Part shown: positions 7,606 to 14,728 of the stretch, piece by piece
How the letters are laid out: each line of letters starts with the position of its first letter
Numbering within the stretch: position 1 is the first letter of the stretch
Source: Candidatus Thorarchaeota archaeon
GTDB lineage: Archaea > Asgardarchaeota > Thorarchaeia > Thorarchaeales > Thorarchaeaceae
Reading direction: 5' to 3'
Length of the DNA stretch: 16,081 nt
Assembly (NCBI GenBank): GCA_016839605.1
Contig: JAEOTX010000234.1
Coordinates: forward strand, 1 to 16,081
Program-made: the position numbers and the translations under genes
The notes under the pieces: generated by a model
The model's database searches: none
Seen by the model: the letters and a program-made list of their open reading frames with translations, nothing else
What the model was told of the DNA's origin: nothing

Positions 7606-7626
7606 TCCGCAGCAGGGGTAGCAATA

Positions 7627-8706
7627 TTGCCTGGACAAGAACACACACTTCGAGACCGTGATCTTATACTCACAGAACCTGGAATCTTCTTTCGGGTCTA
7701 TGGTTATTGGCACCCATCTTCTGGGTACGTCTGTGACCCTGAATATGTCCCGATGTCAATATTCAACACAGAGACCCTGCTTGAACAACGAATCAGGAAG
7801 AAGGGATATTGTAAGTTCTATGGCTCGGAGGGTATAGAGTTTGTCACAGAGAAGTATCCCCAATTCATGGTCCCGTATCCACCACTTGATACAATCCTCG
7901 TTGGAGTGAGGCACTCTGACGTTGAAAGGGAACTGAGAACAGACGTGCGTCTGAGAGAGATGCTTGAATCACCGCCGGATGACCTCCTCGCAGGCCTCCT
8001 AGTTGAACTCATTGACTTTCTTCTTGATAACACGTCTATCAGAAAGTCGGACTTGGGGATATTTGGGAGCCTCCTTGCTGGCATATACCACCCTCAGTAC
8101 TCAGACCTAGATATCACAGTCTATGGAAAGGACACATTTGAGAAACTCAGACCCTATCTGATGGAGTGGTACTCTGAGCCTGATGGATATCTTGCCAATG
8201 AGTTCATTGTAGAGGTGCAGCAGTTTCTTGACAAGCCCTCACCCTTCACTGCAATAACTCGAGAAGAGATAATCGCGCATCATCGTCGAAAGGGAATCTA
8301 TGGGATACTCCCTGGGGCAAGAGACCCATTCCTCAAGGTTGAGTTTGAGCCCATCCGGAGATTTGACGAGATTGATAATCTAGCAGAGGATGCCACAATG
8401 ACCCCTAGTGACAGAATCACGGTCCGGGCACGCATCACTGAGCATGATAATGGGTACTACATGCCTAGTGAGTATGGAATAGAAACAATCGAGGTCCTTG
8501 AGGGGGACACAAGTGCCTCTCCCACGAGGGTCCTCAACTATATTGAACAGTTCAGGATGATGGCCTTCAAAGATGAAGAAGTAATAGTTTCAGGGGTGCT
8601 CGAGCATGTTGAACGAAGAAACACCGAGTACGATCAGATAACACTGAGCTATCCACTTGGATGGGAGGCAAACGTCCTCAAGACGATAGATGCAGTGGAA
8701 TTCTAA
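7627..8706 (+). CDS. Pol-beta-superfamily nucleotidyltransferase, COG1665-like; catalytic motif intact
   Basis: LRDRDLILT..G..FRVYGYWHP N-terminus. GIFGSLLAG...SDLDITVYG gives the GS + DxD motif (DxD at 8104-8112), with KVEFEP as the candidate third acid. The C-terminal part is beta-rich (OB-like). Start placed at TTG 7627 behind AGGGG, giving 359 aa, similar to the paralog; the track start is 7489. Confidence 0.75.
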   Translation: MPGQEHTLRDRDLILTEPGIFFRVYGYWHPSSGYVCDPEYVPMSIFNTETLLEQRIRKKGYCKFYGSEGIEFVTEKYPQFMVPYPPLDTILVGVRHSDVERELRTDVRLREMLESPPDDLLAGLLVELIDFLLDNTSIRKSDLGIFGSLLAGIYHPQYSDLDITVYGKDTFEKLRPYLMEWYSEPDGYLANEFIVEVQQFLDKPSPFTAITREEIIAHHRRKGIYGILPGARDPFLKVEFEPIRRFDEIDNLAEDATMTPSDRITVRARITEHDNGYYMPSEYGIETIEVLEGDTSASPTRVLNYIEQFRMMAFKDEEVIVSGVLEHVERRNTEYDQITLSYPLGWEANVLKTIDAVEF

Positions 8707-9791
8707 TCCTCTTTGACCAGTCTGATGAACTCTTTCCCAGCTCCTGCCTTTGAGCCCACCATCATTTGATAGAAGACCTCATCGTTCGGATCACTCGGTG
8801 TCACTTTCTGAGTGATGCCAGATGCCTCTACCGTATCTCCTTGTCTAATGAGACCTCTAAAGGACCCTTCATAGACCATAATTCTGGTTATGTGTCCGCT
8901 ATCGATTATATCCAGTGATTCAGACCTGCTCTCATAGAGCGCAGGGATAAACAGACCATAGGTGTCATTGGTAATCTCCATCTTCACTCGAACAGGAGAA
9001 GGCGTGACAGTAGTATACGATTCGCTCCCATGCGTGATTGGAGCTTCCTCTGGGAGTAGAATTGGCATTACTCCAATGGATCGCTCATTGCAAAGAAGCC
9101 CCATTCTCCTTGTGAAGAGAGTCTTCATGTCCTCTAATGGTATCACAGGTATACGCTCTACAACCCTAGACATAGTTCGTTTCCACTCATGCATCTCCCG
9201 AAGACGCATGTGGGTGTTCTGTTCAGCCACAGTTTTGTATTCTTTCTGTAGATGCCAAGCGGTTTCGAAGCCGTAGATGTTCATGTTGATGTCAGAAAAA
9301 CTAGGGTCGTGTGCCTTCCATGCAACGCTGCCCGTAACCCCCAGCCTCTCAAGGGGGATTCCAAGTGTATCATGAAGAGTCTGAGCCATCAAAGCCACGC
9401 TTTCCTCAAGAGGGTCTCTTGCCTCAGACTCAAGTATCTCCTTCACCCTAATCTCAGGACTGAAGTATTTCTGAACATCAGTCTTAGGAACTTCGAGTAG
9501 TTTTGTACCGAAGTGGGCATCGTCAACAAGGTAGTCCTCTTGCGCCTTCTTCATGCCCTCCGTCGCTGACACTCCTCCTCCCCAGAAGATGCGCTTGTAT
9601 CTCTGACCGTGGGCCTGCCACTGACCGTCTGGATGTGGTATGTATTTCAAAAATGAGAGTATCCTGTCTGTTGGTTGGATGTATCCCAGTGTGACATAGA
9701 CCCTCCCGTTTGAATCATGGATTACATCACGGTCTCTAACAGCGTCGGGTAAGTCTACCAGTGCAGGTTGGTTAACATCTGTCAGTTTCAA
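8703..9791 (-). CDS. COG1665-like nucleotidyltransferase paralog with degenerate catalytic motif
   Basis: VRDRDVI...YVTLGYIQP...LKYIP, LGVTGSVAW...SDINMNIYG (DxN), GDTVEASG. Same domain layout as 7627-8706. TTG start with upstream GAGG. Confidence 0.75.
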   Translation of the reverse strand: MKLTDVNQPALVDLPDAVRDRDVIHDSNGRVYVTLGYIQPTDRILSFLKYIPHPDGQWQAHGQRYKRIFWGGGVSATEGMKKAQEDYLVDDAHFGTKLLEVPKTDVQKYFSPEIRVKEILESEARDPLEESVALMAQTLHDTLGIPLERLGVTGSVAWKAHDPSFSDINMNIYGFETAWHLQKEYKTVAEQNTHMRLREMHEWKRTMSRVVERIPVIPLEDMKTLFTRRMGLLCNERSIGVMPILLPEEAPITHGSESYTTVTPSPVRVKMEITNDTYGLFIPALYESRSESLDIIDSGHITRIMVYEGSFRGLIRQGDTVEASGITQKVTPSDPNDEVFYQMMVGSKAGAGKEFIRLVKED

Positions 9792-9850
9792 TCGCAGGTT
9801 CCTCGTTAGATAGATTAGGGGCTCATGTTTGAAGCAGGTTGGGAGTACGA

Positions 9851-11065
9851 ATGAAGATTCTCCATCTTTGTGACAGCCTTAACCCTGCCGGTCTTGGAGG
9901 GTACGAGTCTATTATTCATTACCTGTCAAAAGCCATGACAGCAGAGGGACATGAGTCATTTATTGCAACACAACCACCCTATCGTAACTCTCCGGAAGAG
10001 ATCCAGAAACAACACTATACCATATTTCATTTACCAGGCAACTTACTTGAGGCTAGAAAGTGGGAGTTCTATGCGCTACCCGAAGATGAGAGAGAAGAGG
10101 CAGCTGGAAAGCTGTTCAAGCCCAATGACGTTGGTGAGAATGTAGGTATACTCACAGACCAGCTTGTCAGACTCATTCATGAAATTCAACCTGACATCAT
10201 CCATGCACACAGCACGTACGTGGTCTTTAACAAAGTGATTACGAAACTACGGTTGCTCTCCGAGCTGGAGATCCCAGCTATTGTTACGATTCATGGATTG
10301 CCTAAGCCCCTCATCCTACCAAGTGGGAAAGAAACGACAGACTTCAAGGAGTTCACCTCGGACTTTGGATTTGATCTTGTTATAGCGGTCAGCGAGAACG
10401 TTGCTGGAGCCATCAAGGAACATCTAGATTCGGATTTTCATGAGAGAGTTCGAACGATATACAGTGGTATTGACCTGTCTGTTTTCAGGCCTTTACCGGA
10501 TGTAGACAAACAATGGGACTTGGCATTCATGGGTCGGCTTGAGGCAATGAAATCTATAGACCTGTTTCCAGAGATGTTGTCCCTACTAAAGCCCAAGTTT
10601 CCTGATCTCAGGATGATGATGACGGGGGAGGGGTCACTCAAGGACTGGCTATTCAAGGAGTTTGAGAAGGAAGGTGTATCATCCATGGTAGACTACCAGG
10701 GAGTCGTTGAAACTGATGATGTCCCTGCTCTGATCAACAAGAGTCGAGTCTTCCTCTATCCATCTAGACGAGAACCCTTTGGGCTTTCTATTATCGAGGC
10801 GATGGCCTGTGGCGTCCCCGTCATAACTACGGATGTTTTTGGTCCACGAGAGATAGTCAAGCATAACTATGATGGAATTGCAGTGTCGCCTGATGATGTT
10901 AGAGCGCTAGCTGATGCGGTTGAAACTCTCTTGTCAGATGATGACCTTTGGAAAAAAATTGCACAAAATGGTCTCAAGTCTGTTGCGGAGAGATATGACA
11001 TCAAAGAACATGCAAAGCAGCTAGTGACAATCTATCAGGAAATGATTGACAGAGGAAAAAAATGA
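9851..11065 (+). CDS. Glycosyltransferase family 4 (GT-B)
   Basis: MKILHL...GGYE, PDIIHAHS, TIHG, IAVSE, IYSGID, FMGRL..MK, EPFGLSIIEAMACGVPVI (EX7E). ATG 9851 follows a GGGAG SD. Confidence 0.92.
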   Translation: MKILHLCDSLNPAGLGGYESIIHYLSKAMTAEGHESFIATQPPYRNSPEEIQKQHYTIFHLPGNLLEARKWEFYALPEDEREEAAGKLFKPNDVGENVGILTDQLVRLIHEIQPDIIHAHSTYVVFNKVITKLRLLSELEIPAIVTIHGLPKPLILPSGKETTDFKEFTSDFGFDLVIAVSENVAGAIKEHLDSDFHERVRTIYSGIDLSVFRPLPDVDKQWDLAFMGRLEAMKSIDLFPEMLSLLKPKFPDLRMMMTGEGSLKDWLFKEFEKEGVSSMVDYQGVVETDDVPALINKSRVFLYPSRREPFGLSIIEAMACGVPVITTDVFGPREIVKHNYDGIAVSPDDVRALADAVETLLSDDDLWKKIAQNGLKSVAERYDIKEHAKQLVTIYQEMIDRGKK

Positions 11066-11093
11066 GTGTGTGGGACTCAACGGAGCCCCACAT
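11051..11093 (-). terminator. Hairpin plus U-tract terminator after ipk
   Basis: Stem 11069-11078/11083-11092 is fully paired on the minus strand (one G-U), followed by T7 (A7 at 11056-11062 on +). Confidence 0.55.
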
Positions 11094-11099
11094 TTGGGT

Positions 11100-11918
11100 C
11101 TATTCCACAATAACTCGAGTACATTGACAGTCTTCGTTGTTAAGAAAGGCCTTCAGATTTCCATAGTTCATCATGGAGAGTAGTCCAACCTCCAGACCTT
11201 GTTCTATTAGTGGCTTGGCTGGAGCTATGGCTTTGAGCTTCCCCTTCATTGCACCACTCGCATCATCGATCCCTGATGCACCCATTCTCTGTAGGGCCGC
11301 GTCAAGGTCATTGAGGTTGATTGTGTCTATGCGAGCCGCATCGGATTTCAGCTTGGGATCCGTTTCATAGATGCCAGACACATCCGATGCAAAGATCAAT
11401 CGTTTGGCACCGAGCTCCTTTGCAATGATAACGGCTAGTTGATCTCCACTCCCTACACTCCACCCCATAGCTGAGTCGACTAAGATGTCACCTCCCAACA
11501 GAGGAACCATGCCAATGGAGGCAAAGCCCTTTAGAGGTTCTAAGAAGTAGTTTGTCATCCGCATCTTCTCAGAGGTCACCATAGAAGATGGATACATCAG
11601 ACACACCGGGATTCCAGCGTTCTGGAGTTCCTTCACAATGATATGTCGAAGTGTGGCAACACTCTCCTGAGTCTTTGAAAGAGGCAGAAGCTGTTCCGGA
11701 CCTAAGAACCCCTTGTGGAGATTATGCTCAAGGACCGGTGGGTGACCGTACGAACCTACTCCATGTAGTAGTACAAGTGATTGGATGGGTCCTTCATCGA
11801 GGCATTCCCCAATCTCGCGGGACACTGATTCTAGGACTTCCTTTCTGTAGGTATACGGCTTTGTCTTGTCGGTCAGCAACGAGCCACCAAGTTTGATGAC
11901 TGTGATGTCTTTGGTCAT
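11100..11918 (-). CDS. ipk: Isopentenyl phosphate kinase (amino acid kinase family)
   Basis: VIKLGGSLLTDK, LHGVGSYGH (IPK-type His), VPLLGGD, GSGDQ, ASDVSGIY, DASGAMKGKL. Confidence 0.85.
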   Translation of the reverse strand: MTKDITVIKLGGSLLTDKTKPYTYRKEVLESVSREIGECLDEGPIQSLVLLHGVGSYGHPPVLEHNLHKGFLGPEQLLPLSKTQESVATLRHIIVKELQNAGIPVCLMYPSSMVTSEKMRMTNYFLEPLKGFASIGMVPLLGGDILVDSAMGWSVGSGDQLAVIIAKELGAKRLIFASDVSGIYETDPKLKSDAARIDTINLNDLDAALQRMGASGIDDASGAMKGKLKAIAPAKPLIEQGLEVGLLSMMNYGNLKAFLNNEDCQCTRVIVE

Positions 11919-11936
11919 TGTAGCGCACCAAAGCAG

Positions 11937-12743
11937 TTAGAACAGACTGAACGGCGCAAATGGCCAGTATAGACCAAGGAATGGTAGCAGTAGTATCATT
12001 ACAATGGCAGCAATGGTGATGGTCAGATTATCAAGCCCCTTGGGAGTAATGGCCTCTACAATGGTGGCAACAAGACTCACTACCAAAATCGGTATGAATA
12101 GGTCTATGACTGAGAATGTCGTTACTTCCAGCGAGAACAGGAACACCAGAATAGTGCTGAACAAGACAGAGCCTATGAACATCCCTATCACGCCAGCCAA
12201 AGTCTTCTCAGCACCGCCAATTCCAAACTTCTTGTCACCGCCATACTTCCGTCCTATCACGTCAGCGAAACCATCGCCTCCAGCCAGACATCCAAAGACA
12301 ATCAGTGCTAGTGGGGTGGCATTGGCTAAGTTCCCATCGGTAGGAACATAGAACCAAAGGATAGCAATAATCACCATTAGGGTTGCATAGTAAAGTGTAC
12401 CTCCGAGCAGCTCTTTGGGATCTCCAGACCTTGACATTGATCCGACAAAGTCCTCATTGATCATCTTTCCAGTGCCAATAGCCACAAACAGGATGACAAA
12501 GAGCAGTGGTGCAATCATTGCCAGCCAACGACTGAAGACTCCACCAGAAAAGAGCATCCAAGTGACTACCCACAGTGGGGCTGCGAAGGTGTGAATGACT
12601 TTCCGTGTTACAGTAGTTGAGAGAGCTCCGCTCTTCTCAATTCTAGCATTGATCTGGACAAGCATCAGTATCAAAAAGAACGAGATAATGAATGCGATAA
12701 CATCCCAGACCAGCTCTAGACCAGGTAAAGGATTGAATACCAT
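11937..12743 (-). CDS. CTP-dependent membrane prenol kinase (phytol/farnesol/dolichol kinase family)
   Basis: Multi-TM protein with RKVIH, SMSRSGDPKELLGGTLYY (resembling plant farnesol/phytol kinases), GDGFADVIGRKYG, KTLAG and DNLTI. ATG 12743 has a GAGGAG SD and a TTTAAA box near 12769-12775. Confidence 0.82.
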   Translation of the reverse strand: MVFNPLPGLELVWDVIAFIISFFLILMLVQINARIEKSGALSTTVTRKVIHTFAAPLWVVTWMLFSGGVFSRWLAMIAPLLFVILFVAIGTGKMINEDFVGSMSRSGDPKELLGGTLYYATLMVIIAILWFYVPTDGNLANATPLALIVFGCLAGGDGFADVIGRKYGGDKKFGIGGAEKTLAGVIGMFIGSVLFSTILVFLFSLEVTTFSVIDLFIPILVVSLVATIVEAITPKGLDNLTITIAAIVMILLLPFLGLYWPFAPFSLF

Positions 12744-12822
12744 AATCAATCTCCTCGGATTGAAGGGTTTTAAAAGGACTCATTCTGCTCACCTAAAAGT
12801 CTGTTGAGAAGATGATGAGCGA

Positions 12823-12854
12823 GAATAAAAGAGAGAAGGGGCAATAGAGCCCCT
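12823..12854 (-). terminator. Hairpin plus pyrimidine-tract terminator after the peroxiredoxin gene
   Basis: AGGGGC (12837-12842) / GCCCCT (12849-12854), followed on the minus strand by TCTCTCTTTTATTC. Confidence 0.5.
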
Positions 12855-12867
12855 GATAGTTGTAAAT

Positions 12868-13515
12868 CTAGAGGTCCTTTTTGCAGAACCACCAATCTGT
12901 GCAGTCGTAGCCCTCTTTGAGACGCTGCTCTGCATCGGCCTTGGTCTTTGGAGGTGGGACAATCACCTTATCGCCTGGTTTCCAGTTAGCTGGAGTAGCG
13001 ACCTTGTGCTTGTCAGAGGTCTGAAACGCATCAATGACTCTCAGAATCTCAGCCATGTTTCGACCATTGCTCAGTGGATAGTAGATCAATGCCCTCAGCT
13101 TGAACTCGGGGTCAATGAAGAACACTGCTCTTACTGCAGCTGTCCCACTCTGAGCGGGATGTATCATTCCGTACTTCTTAGCAACATTCATACTGAGATC
13201 TTCGATGATTGGGAATGGAATCTCAGTTCCGAACTTCTCCTTGATTGTACTAATCCAAGATATGTGGGAATAGATACTGTCAATACTTAAGCCTAGCAGC
13301 TTGACGCCCCGCTTCTCAAGTTCGGGATAGATTTCTGTAAATCCAATGAACTCGGTAGTACAGACAGGGGTAAAGTCTGCAGGATGACTGAACAGAATCA
13401 CCCAGCTCCCTTTGGCCCATTCACTGAACTTGATTGTGCCATCTGTAGTAGCCGCTTCAAAATCAGGTACTTCTTCTCCAATAAGGAGCATTCGTCGTTC
13501 TTCTTGTGCTTCCAT
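12868..13515 (-). CDS. Peroxiredoxin, Prx6/archaeal TDXH type
   Basis: LFSHPADFTPVCTTEF, AVRAVFFIDP, YYPLSNGRN, ATPANWKPGD, and C-terminal CTDWWFC with two extra Cys. Start moved to ATG 13515. Confidence 0.95.
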   Translation of the reverse strand: MEAQEERRMLLIGEEVPDFEAATTDGTIKFSEWAKGSWVILFSHPADFTPVCTTEFIGFTEIYPELEKRGVKLLGLSIDSIYSHISWISTIKEKFGTEIPFPIIEDLSMNVAKKYGMIHPAQSGTAAVRAVFFIDPEFKLRALIYYPLSNGRNMAEILRVIDAFQTSDKHKVATPANWKPGDKVIVPPPKTKADAEQRLKEGYDCTDWWFCKKDL

Positions 13516-13545
13516 TGTAACAAATCCTTGAAATTTGAACATAAT

Positions 13546-13611
13546 CAATAATGATTATTATTTAAGTATTATGCTCCATAAAGTTTAAATCGCTAATAAT
13601 AATCTTTATTA
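13546..13611. promoter_or_regulatory. Divergent promoter with two Fur/Per-box-like 7-1-7 operators
   Basis: CAATAAT-G-ATTATTA (13546-13560) and TAATAAT-C-TTTATTA (13597-13611), each with one mismatch from perfect symmetry. TATA-like elements at 13559-13566 (-) and 13584-13590 (+). Confidence 0.7.
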
Positions 13612-13634
13612 CAATATGTAACCTGAGAGGTACT

Positions 13635-14066
13635 ATGATGAATCTTAGACTGGACGTGGCATCAGTTTTGAGGAAGAATGGACATCGTGCAACTCCTCAA
13701 CGACTTGCAATATACGAAGCCATTTGGAATGCAGGGGACCATCCAACAGTGGATAAGATTCACAGCTCAGCCATAGAAAGGGATCCTACAATTAGCCTAG
13801 CTACCGTCTATAAGGCACTTAGGCTCTTCACTGATATCGGACTTACAAGAGAGATGGCCTTTAGAAAGGAATCAACACGTTATGATCCTGTTGTGGACGA
13901 GCATGTCAACCTAGTATGTAACAGTTGTGGAGAAGTTGAAGACTTCAAATTTAATCCAATCGAGGGGCTAAAAGCCGCGATAGAGAATCGAACAAAATTT
14001 CAGGTCCGTGGACAGAGTTTTGAGGTCTATGGACTCTGTTCTAATTGCAAAGCAAGAATGGAATAG
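13635..14066 (+). CDS. Fur-family transcriptional repressor, PerR-like
   Basis: RATPQRLAI, HPTVDKI, ISLATVYKAL, RYD...HVNLVCNSCGEVED, YGLCSNC (two CxxC). Divergent from the peroxiredoxin gene. Confidence 0.9.
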   Translation: MMNLRLDVASVLRKNGHRATPQRLAIYEAIWNAGDHPTVDKIHSSAIERDPTISLATVYKALRLFTDIGLTREMAFRKESTRYDPVVDEHVNLVCNSCGEVEDFKFNPIEGLKAAIENRTKFQVRGQSFEVYGLCSNCKARME

Positions 14067-14097
14067 AAAAGAAAGAGGAAGGGGGAGTAGGTCCCCC
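14065..14097 (-). terminator. Hairpin plus pyrimidine-tract terminator after the ECF S gene
   Basis: GGGGGA (14081-14086) / TCCCCC (14092-14097), followed on the minus strand by TTCCTCTTTCTTTTCT. Confidence 0.55.
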
Positions 14098-14101
14098 AAG
14101 C

Positions 14102-14716
14102 CTATTGCGGTGGCCGTAGATGTGATACTAGTGTGGTCACTAGTGCGTGCCAGACTCTCGCGAATACTGGTGTCAGGAGCATGACCGATGGAAGACCCAC
14201 TGTGATGAGTGGAAGCATCACGAATCCCAGAGCTACTAGGGTCGCAATGGACTCCACAGTCAGTCCAACTGCTACAACAATCAGGACTGTGAACACAAAT
14301 CCCACTGTAGAGAGGACTGACAGTTTGATGAGTGACCGCCCACTAGTGAGATCATAGGTAGCTAAGCCCACAATGAAACCCAGGAGGCCATAGCCAACCG
14401 CGGGTAGTGTCATCGTCACCACTGTACCCCTGATCGCCAGGTCATAGAAGACAACACCTAGGTACCCAGTGAGGAATCCTGCGAGCGGTCCCCTTATCGC
14501 CGCAACCACACCGATGACGGCTAGCGCAGGAGCGATGCCAAGTTTGAACAATGACACCATCGTGAAGGGCATGGGTACCATGGATAACAGGACGAAGACT
14601 CCGGTTCCGACAAGGGCATAGAACAGGGTCCATGCGAAGTTGTAGCCGTCCTGTATGTAGAACCTCTCAAGGATCGACTTCTTCTCTGTGACTTCAATTA
14701 CTGATTCTTCAGACAT
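14102..14716 (-). CDS. ECF transporter S component (substrate unknown)
   Basis: ~200 aa with 5-6 hydrophobic segments. IAPALAVIGVVAAIRGPLAGFLTGYLG...YDL matches the S-component GPxxG pattern. Confidence 0.7.
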   Translation of the reverse strand: MSEESVIEVTEKKSILERFYIQDGYNFAWTLFYALVGTGVFVLLSMVPMPFTMVSLFKLGIAPALAVIGVVAAIRGPLAGFLTGYLGVVFYDLAIRGTVVTMTLPAVGYGLLGFIVGLATYDLTSGRSLIKLSVLSTVGFVFTVLIVVAVGLTVESIATLVALGFVMLPLITVGLPSVMLLTPVFARVWHALVTTLVSHLRPPQ

Positions 14717-14728
14717 TTTTATACCACC

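Noticed and set aside
7489-7626. 46-aa N-terminal extension of NTase A given in the ORF track
   Set aside because: No SD, no counterpart in paralog B, the family signature begins at RDRD, and it overlaps the structured region. Not fully excluded.
11100-11918. Fosfomycin kinase FomA or another amino-acid-kinase-family enzyme
   Set aside because: The archaeal context, the HGxGSxGH motif and the adjacent prenol kinase favour IPK.
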